Source: Candidatus Levyibacteriota bacterium
GTDB taxonomy: Bacteria; Patescibacteriota; Microgenomatia; Levybacterales; UBA12049
NCBI GenBank assembly: GCA_029260905.1
Contig: JAJDCH010000016.1
Span: forward strand, 2,985-66,984
Direction of reading: 5' to 3'
Length of the DNA stretch: 64,000 bases
In this document: piece by piece, positions 30,645 to 40,003 of the stretch
Position numbering within the stretch: position 1 is the stretch's first letter
Layout of the letters: each line of letters begins with the position of its first letter
Notes under the pieces: generated by a model
The model's input: the letters and a program-made list of their open reading frames with translations, nothing else
Databases searched by the model: none
What the model was told of the DNA's origin: nothing
Translations under genes and position numbers: made by a program

Positions 30645-32405
30645 TTATTTTACTACAATTGTTTTAGTTGTAAGGGTTGGTTCGTAGACATATCCTGTTT
30701 TTTCAACATTGTTAACTGTCAAGATAACAGAGCCTGTTTGATTTGCCCAGAAACTATATGAATATTTACCTTGTGAGTCAGTTGTTCCATTGAGATTTGC
30801 AACAGTTCCGCTTTTTGGATGCTCAATCCGTAAGCTGACATTTGCAGAGCTGACAGGTGAATTTGTTTTTCTGTCAATTATAGTAACTGAAGCAGTAAAA
30901 TTTCTCCATCTAAAGTATGGCTTGCTAAAGCTAAGGTCAATGTCAGAAACGGTCATCTTTTGTGTTTGTGCAGGGGTGGGTGTTGGTAAGGCAGTTGGAA
31001 TTGGGCTTGGAACAGCTGTAGGCGTTGGAGTTGGAGAAGGAATTGTTGTGGGTGTTGGTGTTGGTGATGGAATTGGAGTTGCTGTTGGAATAATTGTTGG
31101 AGCAGTTGTTGGTGATGGAATTGGAGATGGAGTAGGAGATGCAACAAGCTGAACTGCTTCGTAAGCATTTATTCTACCATACGTCCAATAAGTTCCTGAG
31201 CCACTTGTATTATCTGTTGTTTTTTCTACTTGATTACGGACACAATCATTGGTTGAGCAGATTCCTGATGCCCATATGAGTGCAGCTTCTCCTGCAACAT
31301 GAGGAGATGACATAGATGTTCCAGACAGATTAGCATAGCTATTTCCTTTTTGTGTTGACCAGATTGATGCGCCTGGCGCAGCCACGTCTACCCAATTGCC
31401 ATAGGTTGAAAAATCAGCTCTGTTGTCATTGTTATCAGTTGCGCCAACTGCGATTGTATTTGAATAATATGCGGGATAGCTTGGTTCATTTTGCGTAGTA
31501 CATCCATTTTGTGCGTAATTTGTCCCACCGCAATTGCCTGCGCCAGCAACGACAACAGCGCCCTTGCTCCATGCATAATTTATAGCTTCTTCTAGAGCCT
31601 GAGAATGGACTGAACCTCTGATGCTGATATTTATTACATTTGCTCCATTATCAGCTGCCCAGGTTATGCCATTTATCATCCATGAATAACTCCCAACCCC
31701 ATTATCAGCTACAATTTTGCCATTCATCAGTGTTGAGTTGTATCCGACTCCTGCAAATTGGAAATTATTATTTGTGTTTGCTGCGATTATTCCAGCAACA
31801 TGCGTTCCATGACCATAATTATCAGTAGTTGATGGGCTAGTTGTGAAATTGTTGCTTGCTACAACTTTACTGATTAGATCTTGATGTGTTTCTTCAATTC
31901 CAGTATCAAGAACTGCTGTCTTTACATCTGGGTTTCCTTGAGTTATGTCCCAAGCGCTTTCTCCGAAGTAATTTGCTGCTTTTATCTTAAACATTCCCCA
32001 TTGGTAGGCAAGGAAAGAGTCGTTTGTTGTCAGAGTTGTGCTTGTTAAATAGTCTGGTTCTGCATATTCAACTTCTGGATCTTTTTCATAGTCATCGATT
32101 GCATCCTCAATTGTCCCTTTTTGGATTCTAACAACATCAAGGTTTAGCTTATCAATCCTGTTTCTGATAATTGCTTTTCTAATTTTTCTGATTTTATTTT
32201 TGCTGTTTTCGGAGGCATCTTTTTTGTATTTGACTATTATATCTCCTGATGTTGGAGCTGTAATTTTTTCAGCACGGGATTTTAAAATAATAGGTTGCTG
32301 AGAAATAAAGTTAATTGAGAAAAGCGCTGCTATTAGAAGAGTTGAAGATATTGTGAAAAAGAGTCTTTTTTTGCCGATTTTATTTAGAGAATTTTTCATC
32401 GTCAA
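30645..32405 (-). CDS. Secreted subtilisin-like serine protease (S8 family) with N-terminal anchor, I9 propeptide, Pro/Thr linker and a novel C-terminal domain
   Basis: 586 aa. Catalytic Asp (VLDTGIEETH), His (HGTHVAGIIAA) and Ser (GTSMSSPHVAG). N-terminal hydrophobic segment. PTPSPIPSPT-rich linker. Confidence 0.9.
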   Translation of the reverse strand: MTMKNSLNKIGKKRLFFTISSTLLIAALFSINFISQQPIILKSRAEKITAPTSGDIIVKYKKDASENSKNKIRKIRKAIIRNRIDKLNLDVVRIQKGTIEDAIDDYEKDPEVEYAEPDYLTSTTLTTNDSFLAYQWGMFKIKAANYFGESAWDITQGNPDVKTAVLDTGIEETHQDLISKVVASNNFTTSPSTTDNYGHGTHVAGIIAANTNNNFQFAGVGYNSTLMNGKIVADNGVGSYSWMINGITWAADNGANVINISIRGSVHSQALEEAINYAWSKGAVVVAGAGNCGGTNYAQNGCTTQNEPSYPAYYSNTIAVGATDNNDNRADFSTYGNWVDVAAPGASIWSTQKGNSYANLSGTSMSSPHVAGEAALIWASGICSTNDCVRNQVEKTTDNTSGSGTYWTYGRINAYEAVQLVASPTPSPIPSPTTAPTIIPTATPIPSPTPTPTTIPSPTPTPTAVPSPIPTALPTPTPAQTQKMTVSDIDLSFSKPYFRWRNFTASVTIIDRKTNSPVSSANVSLRIEHPKSGTVANLNGTTDSQGKYSYSFWANQTGSVILTVNNVEKTGYVYEPTLTTKTIVVK

Positions 32406-32460
32406 TATCTATTACTTCATAATTATCCAATCTTGTCAAGAATTATTCAGAAAATAATGC

Positions 32461-32958
32461 TTATTGAATGATTAAGGTCTTTGTAGTTATTGTTGGTACA
32501 TAGTTATATCCATTTTTAAAGACAGAGTTAATTGTTGCAATTAAAGTACCTGTTTTGTCAGTCCAAAATCCATGTGAAAGCTTTCCGGATGTATTTCCAG
32601 CTCCAGTTATGTTGGCAACAGAATTTGTTTCTGGATTTTCGAGCCTGAGTCCAATATTCGGATTAGAAACAGGAACACCACTTGTTTGTTCTATGACGCT
32701 TACTGTTGTCTTAATATGTCGCCATCCCCAATAAGGACCCACAGCTGTTATTTCAATGTCGCTGACTGTTATGGCTGGCGCTTCTGCTTGAATGCCTTTT
32801 ACGGCCTGAGCCTCAAATTTTTCTGGTGAATAGATTTGTTGATTTGTTGCATAAGTTGCAGTAATTAGGGCAACTATAGTTACAATAACAAAAAGCGGAG
32901 AGAAGCTAATTTGTTTGTGTTTCTTTAACTGTTTTTTATGTTTGGCAACTTTTTTCAT
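32461..32958 (-). CDS. Membrane-anchored protein consisting of a TM helix plus the same ~100-aa domain
   Basis: 165 aa. N-terminal TM helix (FSPLFVIVTIVALITATYA). The C-terminal VGPYWGWRHIKTT...FWTDKTGTLIATINSVFKNGYNYVPTITTKTLIIQ is homologous to the protease C-terminal domain. Confidence 0.5.
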   Translation of the reverse strand: MKKVAKHKKQLKKHKQISFSPLFVIVTIVALITATYATNQQIYSPEKFEAQAVKGIQAEAPAITVSDIEITAVGPYWGWRHIKTTVSVIEQTSGVPVSNPNIGLRLENPETNSVANITGAGNTSGKLSHGFWTDKTGTLIATINSVFKNGYNYVPTITTKTLIIQ

Positions 32959-33005
32959 AACTATCTATATTAGGTCACATTTGGGATTTCTTGTCAAGGT
33001 CGCAC

Positions 33006-34841
33006 CTATTGATAGGTAATAATAAGCTCTGGTTTATTTGACGATGAGTTTCGTGATGTAAAATCAAGATCATCTGAGCCAGTCGAATCAATTCCTAGAG
33101 AGATTATGTTTCCGGCTTTACTTTGAATATATGACAAAACATCAATGTTGTTCCAGGTGTTGGATTTGGCATTTGAAATTGTTCCAATTATTGATCCAAC
33201 CGAGGGTCTGTTTTTATATGTAATTCCTGTTTCTGTCCAGCTATTATCCGAAACAGCTTTAATGTTCTGAGTGTTTTTTGATGAACCAGTAATTCTTAGT
33301 TTCAAGACAGCAGACTTTATGGTTTTACCTGTTAATCCAGATAAATCAAATTTGAGATAAGCAACTCTGATTGGTGAGCCATCAACCTCTATGCTTTTTG
33401 CAGTTCCATAATTTCGTGTTAAGTTTGACTGTCTTACCTCAGAGTCAGCAATAGGGTTTATTTTAAGTGTTGATACCGGGGCTTCAGTAGGAGTAGGAGA
33501 TGGTGCTGTTGTAGGGGTTGGAGTAGGCGCTGTTGTTGGAGTTGGAGTGATGGTTGGTATTGTACTTGGTGAGGGACTTGGTGTTGTTGATTGAACTGCT
33601 TTGTATGCATTTATTCTCCCATTTGACCAGAAAGTGCCGATTCCTGAGATGTCATCTGTTGTTTGCTCAATCTGATTTCTAATACAAATATTGTCTGAGC
33701 AGATTCCTGATGCCCAGATCAATGCAGCGACTCCTGCTACATGGGGAGAGGCCATCGAAGTCCCAGACATATTGGCATAAGCATTGTCTTTATATGTTGA
33801 CCAGATTGATGCGCCTGGCGCAGCTACGTCTACCCAATTGCCATAAGTTGAAAAGCTAGCTCGTTGATCGTTGGTATCAGTTGCTCCAACAGCAATCGCA
33901 CTTGTGTAGTAAGCTGGATAAAATAACTGATTGAAAGATAGGCAACCATTTTGCGCATAATCTGTCCCTCCACAATTTCCGGCAGCAGCGACAACGACAG
34001 CTCCTTTGCTCCATGCATAATTTATTGCTTCTTCCAGCGCTTGAGAGCTACTTGGGCCACCAAGGCTTATGTTTATAACTCTTGCTCCATTATCAGCTGC
34101 CCAGACAATCCCATTTATAAGCCAAGAATAATTACCTGAGCCGTTATCTCCAAGGACTTTACCATTCATCAGTGTTGAGTTGTATCCGACTCCTGCAAAT
34201 TGGAAATTATTATTTGTGTTTGCTGCGATTATTCCAGCAACATGCGTTCCATGACCGTGAAGATCGTTTGCTAAAGCGCTTGTTGTGAAATTATTGTTTT
34301 CAACCACCTTGCCGACAAGATCAGTGTGCGTTTCTTCAATTCCGGTATCAAGAACTGCAACTTTAATTGATTGATCTCCCTGGGTTATGTCCCAAGCGCT
34401 TGTGTCAGTAGAATTTGCAGTTTGTATTTTGTATTGACCCCATTGAAAGGGAAGATAGGGGTCATTTGTTACTAGCAGAGCTTGGGTCAGGTAGTCTGGT
34501 TCTGCGTATTCAACTTCTGGATCTTTTTGATACTGCGTGATCAATTCTTCTGCTGTTCCTGTCTGAACTCTGATTACATCAATATTTAGTTTATCAATCT
34601 TGTTTCTAATAATTGCTTTTCTGATTTTTCTGATTTTATTTTTGCTGTTTTCGGAGGCACCCTTTTTGTATTTGACTATTATATCTCCTGATGTTGGAGC
34701 TGTAATTTTTTCAGCCTTTGATTTTAGTATGATGGGGTTTTTTGATGCAAAATATACTGAAAACAAAGCAAAGATTAACAGGGTAAAGAAGGTTATAAAA
34801 ATAAATTTCTTTTTTTGAAGTTTCAATATTATTTTTTTCAT
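33006..34841 (-). CDS. Secreted subtilisin-like serine protease (S8 family), tandem paralog with a different (DNRLRE-like) C-terminal beta-sandwich domain
   Basis: 611 aa. Catalytic D/H/S (VLDTGIEETH, HGTHVAGIIAA, GTSMASPHVAG). DNA blocks of ~94 nt and ~118 nt are near-identical to 30645..32405. The C-terminal SNLTRNYGTAKSIEVDG...RVAYLKFDLSGL pattern resembles the DNRLRE/CBM-like domain. Confidence 0.9.
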   Translation of the reverse strand: MKKIILKLQKKKFIFITFFTLLIFALFSVYFASKNPIILKSKAEKITAPTSGDIIVKYKKGASENSKNKIRKIRKAIIRNKIDKLNIDVIRVQTGTAEELITQYQKDPEVEYAEPDYLTQALLVTNDPYLPFQWGQYKIQTANSTDTSAWDITQGDQSIKVAVLDTGIEETHTDLVGKVVENNNFTTSALANDLHGHGTHVAGIIAANTNNNFQFAGVGYNSTLMNGKVLGDNGSGNYSWLINGIVWAADNGARVINISLGGPSSSQALEEAINYAWSKGAVVVAAAGNCGGTDYAQNGCLSFNQLFYPAYYTSAIAVGATDTNDQRASFSTYGNWVDVAAPGASIWSTYKDNAYANMSGTSMASPHVAGVAALIWASGICSDNICIRNQIEQTTDDISGIGTFWSNGRINAYKAVQSTTPSPSPSTIPTITPTPTTAPTPTPTTAPSPTPTEAPVSTLKINPIADSEVRQSNLTRNYGTAKSIEVDGSPIRVAYLKFDLSGLTGKTIKSAVLKLRITGSSKNTQNIKAVSDNSWTETGITYKNRPSVGSIIGTISNAKSNTWNNIDVLSYIQSKAGNIISLGIDSTGSDDLDFTSRNSSSNKPELIITYQ

Positions 34842-34930
34842 TCAGGTATATTACTTCATAAATATTTAATCCTGTCAATGACTTATTATAGTGAATGAGA
34901 AAACTCTGAAATTTTAAATTACTTGATTAT

Positions 34931-36268
34931 TTATTTATGCAGTGTTGCTTTTTCAAATAAGGTTGGGAGAAGTTTGAGGGGGTCGTATTTTTTCTTTAGC
35001 TTGTCATAGGCACCACCGTTATAGATTTTGTCAAATTCTTTTTTGTTTAGAAAAGTAGAGGAATAAAGCATCTTTATGCCGCCAAGCCTAAAACACAAAT
35101 TATCTATTTTTTTAGTGACATCAAATGGTTTTTGACCTTTTTTTCTTTTGATTGCGCAGTAGCAACCAAGATTTAAATAAAGCTGATCTGGCTTCATTGG
35201 ATAGAGTGTTGCAATTGTTGGAGTTTTTATTGGCGCTATAATAATTGGATTTCCGTTAGTTTCAACAATGTCAAAGAAAAAGTTAAAAAGTTTCTCTCCC
35301 TGATTCCATGGTACTTCCCAGTCTTGGATGAGCGCTTCATATTTTTCTTTACTCTCTTTGCTTTCCAATGAATCAAAAATAGGTTGTCCATATTTTTTGT
35401 AAAATCCTGAATTCCTCAATTTTTTGGGTGTTATTCTTCGAAGAAGATTCATCAAAAAATTATCTGGAATATTCCAAAACCAGTCAGGATCATAGCGAAA
35501 AAAGAAGTCTTTAGTTTTTAGCGTAAATTCATTTGCGCGGCTTACTTCTTTATAGAAAATGGTTGGTCCATAGATGCTTTTTAGATTTTTGGGTTTATTC
35601 GTTTGTTCTGTTAAAGTAATATAAATTTCATTTTTTGAATAAGCAATTGCTTCAATTGTATCTATAGATTTTTGTTTGGTTTTTGCGTTTAGTTCTGATA
35701 AAGCCTTCTTAATATTCTTATATTTTTTTGTTTTCAATTTCACAAAAGGTTTTATATCTCTCAATTTTATTTTGGCGCGTAGCACATAACCAAGTGTTCC
35801 ATAAGAATTGGGAAGAGCATCAAATAAATCTTTGTTTTTATTTCTTGAAACTGTTATAACTTTTCCGTTTGACAATAATACATCTGCCTCCAGTAAGCTA
35901 TTATGTACAAACCCATAACGAAAAGTATTGGTCTCAACCCCAATACCAACAAGTGCTCCGCCAATTGTGATATGTTTTAATTCAGGTGTTATAAGTGGGG
36001 TAAGATGATGGGGAAGTGTGAAGTCAATAATTTGTTCAAAAGTTGTTAGGCCCTGCACTTCAAGTATTTTGTTTTTGCTATCAAGAAAAAGAGGTTTGTT
36101 GAAACTTGAGAGATCAATTTCATAGCGGCTTTTATCAATGCTGCTTTCATAACGGAATAAATTGGAGATTGTTTTTTTCTTTACTTTGAGTTTTTGTTTG
36201 TTATTTTTTAAGATTTGTTGGAGTTTTTTTATTTGCTTTTTATGAATGATCCGAGTATCTGTTGACAT
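34931..36268 (-). CDS. FAD-binding oxidoreductase of the DWF1/DHCR24-like (PCMH-type) family, a candidate 10-methylene-acyl reductase (TmsA/BfaA-like)
   Basis: 445 aa. GGALVGIGVETNTFRYGFVHNSLLEADVLLSNGKV...LFDALPNSYGTLGYVLRAKIKL is typical of DWF1-like FAD-linked oxidases. It is apparently co-transcribed with the upstream CFA-synthase-family methyltransferase. Confidence 0.7.
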   Translation of the reverse strand: MSTDTRIIHKKQIKKLQQILKNNKQKLKVKKKTISNLFRYESSIDKSRYEIDLSSFNKPLFLDSKNKILEVQGLTTFEQIIDFTLPHHLTPLITPELKHITIGGALVGIGVETNTFRYGFVHNSLLEADVLLSNGKVITVSRNKNKDLFDALPNSYGTLGYVLRAKIKLRDIKPFVKLKTKKYKNIKKALSELNAKTKQKSIDTIEAIAYSKNEIYITLTEQTNKPKNLKSIYGPTIFYKEVSRANEFTLKTKDFFFRYDPDWFWNIPDNFLMNLLRRITPKKLRNSGFYKKYGQPIFDSLESKESKEKYEALIQDWEVPWNQGEKLFNFFFDIVETNGNPIIIAPIKTPTIATLYPMKPDQLYLNLGCYCAIKRKKGQKPFDVTKKIDNLCFRLGGIKMLYSSTFLNKKEFDKIYNGGAYDKLKKKYDPLKLLPTLFEKATLHK

Positions 36269-36271
36269 ATT

Positions 36272-37435
36272 TTACCTTACTGCTTCATAAACAATTGGTT
36301 CTTTGCCTTTTGAAAGTACTACCTGCATTAGAGAAAGTGTGCGGGCTTTGAAAGCGCCAGCAAATGAAAGAAGATAGAATTTCCACATACGATAAAATCT
36401 CTCGTCATATTTTTCAGGATAGTTTTTGGACAAGTATTTCCATGATTTATCAAAATTCTGCATCCAACTCATAAGAGTTGTGTAGTAGTAAAGTCCGAAA
36501 TTTTGTACGTCTTCAATGATGAATTTTCCCTCAGATGCTTTGGCAATTTGCGCAAGAGATGGTGGATGGGAGTTGGGGAAAATATATTTATCACTCCATG
36601 GATCACCAGCTGTGACTGATAGATCACCAGCAATTGTATGAAGAAGCATCAGTCCATCATCTTTGAGTACATCGCTTGTGATTTTTAGATAGTTATCATA
36701 GTTTTTGTGAGTGATGTGTTCCATGATGCCAATTGATGCAACCCGATCAAACTTTTCATTCAGATTTAGCTCCCTATAATCTTTGTGATAGATTTTAACC
36801 GGTAGTCCTTTGCAGCGTTCTCTTGCTTTTCTGGCCTGTTCGCCTGATACAGTACATCCGACAACAGAGACGCCGTAGTTGGCGGCAGCAAATCTTGCAA
36901 AATTACCAAACCCGCAACCTGTTTCAAAAACCTTCATGCCTTTTTTTAGCTTCAATTTGCGGCAAACAAGATCCATTTTGGCAATTTGGGCTTTATCCAG
37001 ATTGTCTTTCTTTTTCCAAGCAGTCAGCGGATCGCCTAAATCTTTCCAATATCCACAGGTATAGTTCAGTTCGTGATCAAGCATCCGCTCATAAAGTTCA
37101 TTTCCGACATCATAGTGTTGCTTGCCGACAATGTAGGATCTTTTTATTGTTGCGACATTTAAAAATTTGTTTTGGATAATAAATAGCAAGAGACGTGGGT
37201 TTTTATTTATGAGTGAAGGGATTCTGACAAGATTTGCTTTATATGCTGTTTCTTCGAGTTGGTCTGCATCCCACCATCCATCCATGTATGATTCACCTGC
37301 GCCTATTGACCCATCAGTAAGAACTCGGTTATAAAAACGCTCATCATGGATCTGCATATCCCAAGGATTTTTGCCATCAATTGCAATGCCAGCTTTTTGG
37401 AGAACTTCTTTGATTGCTTTTTTTTGTCGATCCAT
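36272..37435 (-). CDS. Cyclopropane-fatty-acyl-phospholipid synthase-family SAM-dependent methyltransferase (TmsB/BfaB-like)
   Basis: 387 aa. CFA synthase family pattern (YDVGNELYERMLD...NYTCGYW...VFETGCGFGNFARFAA...YFLLSFAGAF). SAM-binding motif I is GCGFG. Confidence 0.85.
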   Translation of the reverse strand: MDRQKKAIKEVLQKAGIAIDGKNPWDMQIHDERFYNRVLTDGSIGAGESYMDGWWDADQLEETAYKANLVRIPSLINKNPRLLLFIIQNKFLNVATIKRSYIVGKQHYDVGNELYERMLDHELNYTCGYWKDLGDPLTAWKKKDNLDKAQIAKMDLVCRKLKLKKGMKVFETGCGFGNFARFAAANYGVSVVGCTVSGEQARKARERCKGLPVKIYHKDYRELNLNEKFDRVASIGIMEHITHKNYDNYLKITSDVLKDDGLMLLHTIAGDLSVTAGDPWSDKYIFPNSHPPSLAQIAKASEGKFIIEDVQNFGLYYYTTLMSWMQNFDKSWKYLSKNYPEKYDERFYRMWKFYLLSFAGAFKARTLSLMQVVLSKGKEPIVYEAVR

Positions 37436-37615
37436 ATTAGATATTATATCGCAAAATTTTTAGTGCGCAAGGGGAGGATGAAAGCTGAAGGAGAAGAAAG
37501 GATTGGTTTAAAATTTTAATGGCAATTTCACTGAAATTACAGAAGTGGATGGTTATTCGGGAAGAAAACTTTCAAAAATTGATTGGCTGGATGGGGAGTC
37601 AAGAAAGAAAGCTGC

Positions 37616-38647
37616 CTAGATTTTTTCGGCTCTTATTGCAAAGTAACCATTTTGGCGTTTTGTTACGTTAAATATCTCCCGCACCTTAAAGTCTCCAGTT
37701 CCTTCGACAAACTTCTTTATTTGTTCTGGATCAGTAAATCTGTTATTCCCAAAATATCTACTCGATACAAAATCTGTATACATTATACCGAGTGTTTTCC
37801 ATTGTTCTGGTGTTAGGCCGAGATATCCATCTCTTAGGTTGTCTTTTGGAGTGTCAGAAAAGATTTTTGCAAACCCTTCCCACCATTCACCAACTCCGTG
37901 ACCGGCAGCCTTCATCTGCTCAACAAGAAGAGGAGATAGAGCTGATGCTTTCATTAGAAGCTGTCCACCATTTCGGGTCATCCTAGCAACATTATTAAGT
38001 ACATTTTTTTCTGTTTCGTCAGTGGTAGAGCCAAAAAAGAGATCTGTCATTACAATATCTTGTGATCCATCAGGAAGTGCGATGGTCGATGCGTCTCCAT
38101 GTAAAAGTACATTTTTTTGAGGCTGTTTTGTAGTATAAAAATTTCTTTCGTTAAAATTCCTCTTTTCTACAAGAGATGCTTCTGGTACTGTATGTTTGAT
38201 TCTTCTTAATGGCAGGAGAGAAAAATCAATTGTTGTATGGTTTCTAACTGATACACCTATTTTATTTAATGCAACTTGTTCCAGCAAATAAGAACCCTCT
38301 GAAGAAGATCCAAGAAGTAGTACATTCTGGGGTTGATCAGTTCCTGTTTGATCTTCTGGTAATGAGAGTATCTCAACCCCCATAAAAGGCTTAGAAGGAG
38401 AAGGGATCAGTCTTTGTAGATTTGAGTTAATAGCATGACCAATGAAATAAGCTGCTACATGTTCTGGGGAGAGATTGGGATCTTCTTGTGGCCACTCGCC
38501 CAGCCTGTTAGCTTTGGCAATTTCACCAAGTGCAGCGCTCAGATCAACAGGAAAGTACAAGCCAAGTTTTGCTTCTGCAAGAGCTTCTGGCCCTGTAACT
38601 GAAGGGTGTTCTTGGGGTTTTCTATATGGTTTTAATTCTGTTGTCAT
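37616..38647 (-). CDS. Hypothetical protein, possibly a degenerate class I methyltransferase fold
   Basis: 343-aa ORF. NVLLLGSSSEGS and DIVMTDLFFG faintly resemble methyltransferase motifs I and post-II. No confident assignment. Confidence 0.35.
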   Translation of the reverse strand: MTTELKPYRKPQEHPSVTGPEALAEAKLGLYFPVDLSAALGEIAKANRLGEWPQEDPNLSPEHVAAYFIGHAINSNLQRLIPSPSKPFMGVEILSLPEDQTGTDQPQNVLLLGSSSEGSYLLEQVALNKIGVSVRNHTTIDFSLLPLRRIKHTVPEASLVEKRNFNERNFYTTKQPQKNVLLHGDASTIALPDGSQDIVMTDLFFGSTTDETEKNVLNNVARMTRNGGQLLMKASALSPLLVEQMKAAGHGVGEWWEGFAKIFSDTPKDNLRDGYLGLTPEQWKTLGIMYTDFVSSRYFGNNRFTDPEQIKKFVEGTGDFKVREIFNVTKRQNGYFAIRAEKI

Positions 38648-38694
38648 GATGTATTAATTATACATCTGATCTGCAAATGAATCAACTATAGGAT

Positions 38695-39300
38695 TTACTT
38701 TAATCTATAAACAACACTTGCTAGTGCTCCACCGAGAAGCGGGCCGATGAGGTAGGTAAGGATGCTGGTTGTGTGCATGCCAAGATTGGCAAAATCAAAA
38801 AGCAATGGTCCGATGCCAACTGCTGGATTGAATGCGCCTCCTGAAATGGGACCTCCCGCAAATGCGCCAGCCATGACGGTCAATCCGATTGCGAGTCCAT
38901 AATAATCGTTGCCTTTTGTTTTGTCCGTTGCTGCAGTATTGAGAACAACTGATGCGAGAAGAAAAGTGAAAAGGGTTTCAATTATTAGCGCATTACTCAT
39001 GCTGACGCCTACTCCTGCTTGTGGGATAAAAGTGTCATTTGTAACGACAAGATAAGTAGCTGATGCTGCAATTGCAGCAACAATTTGCACAAGCATGTAG
39101 GGCAGTGCTGTATCTGCTTTTACTTTTTTGCTCATCCAAAGCGCAAGCGTAACTGCGGGATTGTAGTGCGCTCCTGAGATGTATCCGCCCATGTAGACAA
39201 GAGCTGCTAATGCGACACCGATTGCAATGGGATTTCCGGTAAGTGCGATGACAAAGACAAGAAAGAAAGTTCCAATAAACTCAACTATATATTTTTTCAC
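38695..39300 (-). CDS. MIP-family channel (aquaporin/glycerol facilitator)
   Basis: 201 aa with six TM helices and two NPA boxes (HYNPAVT, FNPAVG). Confidence 0.85.
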   Translation of the reverse strand: MKKYIVEFIGTFFLVFVIALTGNPIAIGVALAALVYMGGYISGAHYNPAVTLALWMSKKVKADTALPYMLVQIVAAIAASATYLVVTNDTFIPQAGVGVSMSNALIIETLFTFLLASVVLNTAATDKTKGNDYYGLAIGLTVMAGAFAGGPISGGAFNPAVGIGPLLFDFANLGMHTTSILTYLIGPLLGGALASVVYRLK

Positions 39301-39395
39301 TAAGATAATTGTATATCAATGAAAAATAAAATGGCAATAGGCAAGGAAGAAACATCTTTATACTTGAGCTCAAATGATTTATAATAGTTATCCAT

Positions 39396-39467
39396 AGGGG
39401 TGTGGTGAAATGGTTATCACAGCAGTCTCCAAAACTGCTTTTCACGGTTCGAGTCCGTGCGCCCCTG
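39396..39467 (+). tRNA. tRNA-Trp (anticodon CCA)
   Basis: Manual fold. Acceptor AGGGGTG/CGCCCCT. D-arm GTGA-AATGGTTA-TCAC. Anticodon stem GCAGT/ACTGC with loop CTCCAAA. T-arm CACGG-TTCGAGT-CCGTG. Discriminator G. 72 nt. Confidence 0.8.
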
Positions 39468-39587
39468 CAATTTTATTTACCTGCTTTTAATTTGCCAACG
39501 TGGCTCAGTGGGGTGGACGAACGAAGTGAGGAGTCCGCCTGCGAGCGGAGCGAAGACAGGGGAAGTTATTGGCCCGCCGCCAAAATT

Positions 39588-39659
39588 GCCCAAATGGCTC
39601 AGTGGTAGAGCGAGTTCTTGGTAAGAACTAGGTCTCGGGTTCGATTCCCGATTTGGGCT
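39588..39659 (+). tRNA. tRNA-Thr (anticodon GGT)
   Basis: Manual fold. Acceptor GCCCAAA/TTTGGGC. D-arm GCTC-AGTGGTA-GAGC. Anticodon stem AGTTC/GAACT with loop TTGGTAA. T-arm TCGGG-TTCGATT-CCCGA. 72 nt. Confidence 0.85.
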
Positions 39660-39771
39660 CAGTAAAAAGCAAGGCGGGTACAAGTAAGCCCCAGATCAAG
39701 GGTCCGATTCCCATCGTCGGCTCAATAGCTATAGAAGTTTATTTAAAAATATTGTATAATAGCTAAATCGT

Positions 39772-39948
39772 ATGGCGAAAAAAGGTGAACACAGAATAAA
39801 AATAGGTCTCATCTGTCAGATCTGTAAAAATAAAAACTACATAACTCAGAAGAACAAGATGGAAACACCTGAGAAATTGCTCTTGCACAAATTCTGCAAA
39901 ACATGTCGCAAGGTAACTGACCACAAAGAAACTGAAAAGTTGAAATAG
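39772..39948 (+). CDS. rpmG: 50S ribosomal protein L33 (zinc-ribbon type)
   Basis: 58-aa ORF below the ORF-track cutoff: MAKKGEHRIKIGLICQICKNKNYITQKNKMETPEKLLLHKFCKTCRKVTDHKETEKLK. L33 pattern with a CxxC...CxxC zinc ribbon. An extended -10 TGTATAAT lies at ~39752-39759. Confidence 0.75.
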   Translation: MAKKGEHRIKIGLICQICKNKNYITQKNKMETPEKLLLHKFCKTCRKVTDHKETEKLK

Positions 39949-40003
39949 TTTGTTCCCCTTTTTTTCCCAAGCTTATTTTGCTAAAATCATTAGACGTACT
40001 TTT

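Noticed and set aside
39402-39683. 68-aa ORFs on both strands (39402..39608 +, 39477..39683 -)
   Set aside because: They run straight through tRNA-Trp, the tRNA-like segment and tRNA-Thr, so they are artefacts of the RNA genes.
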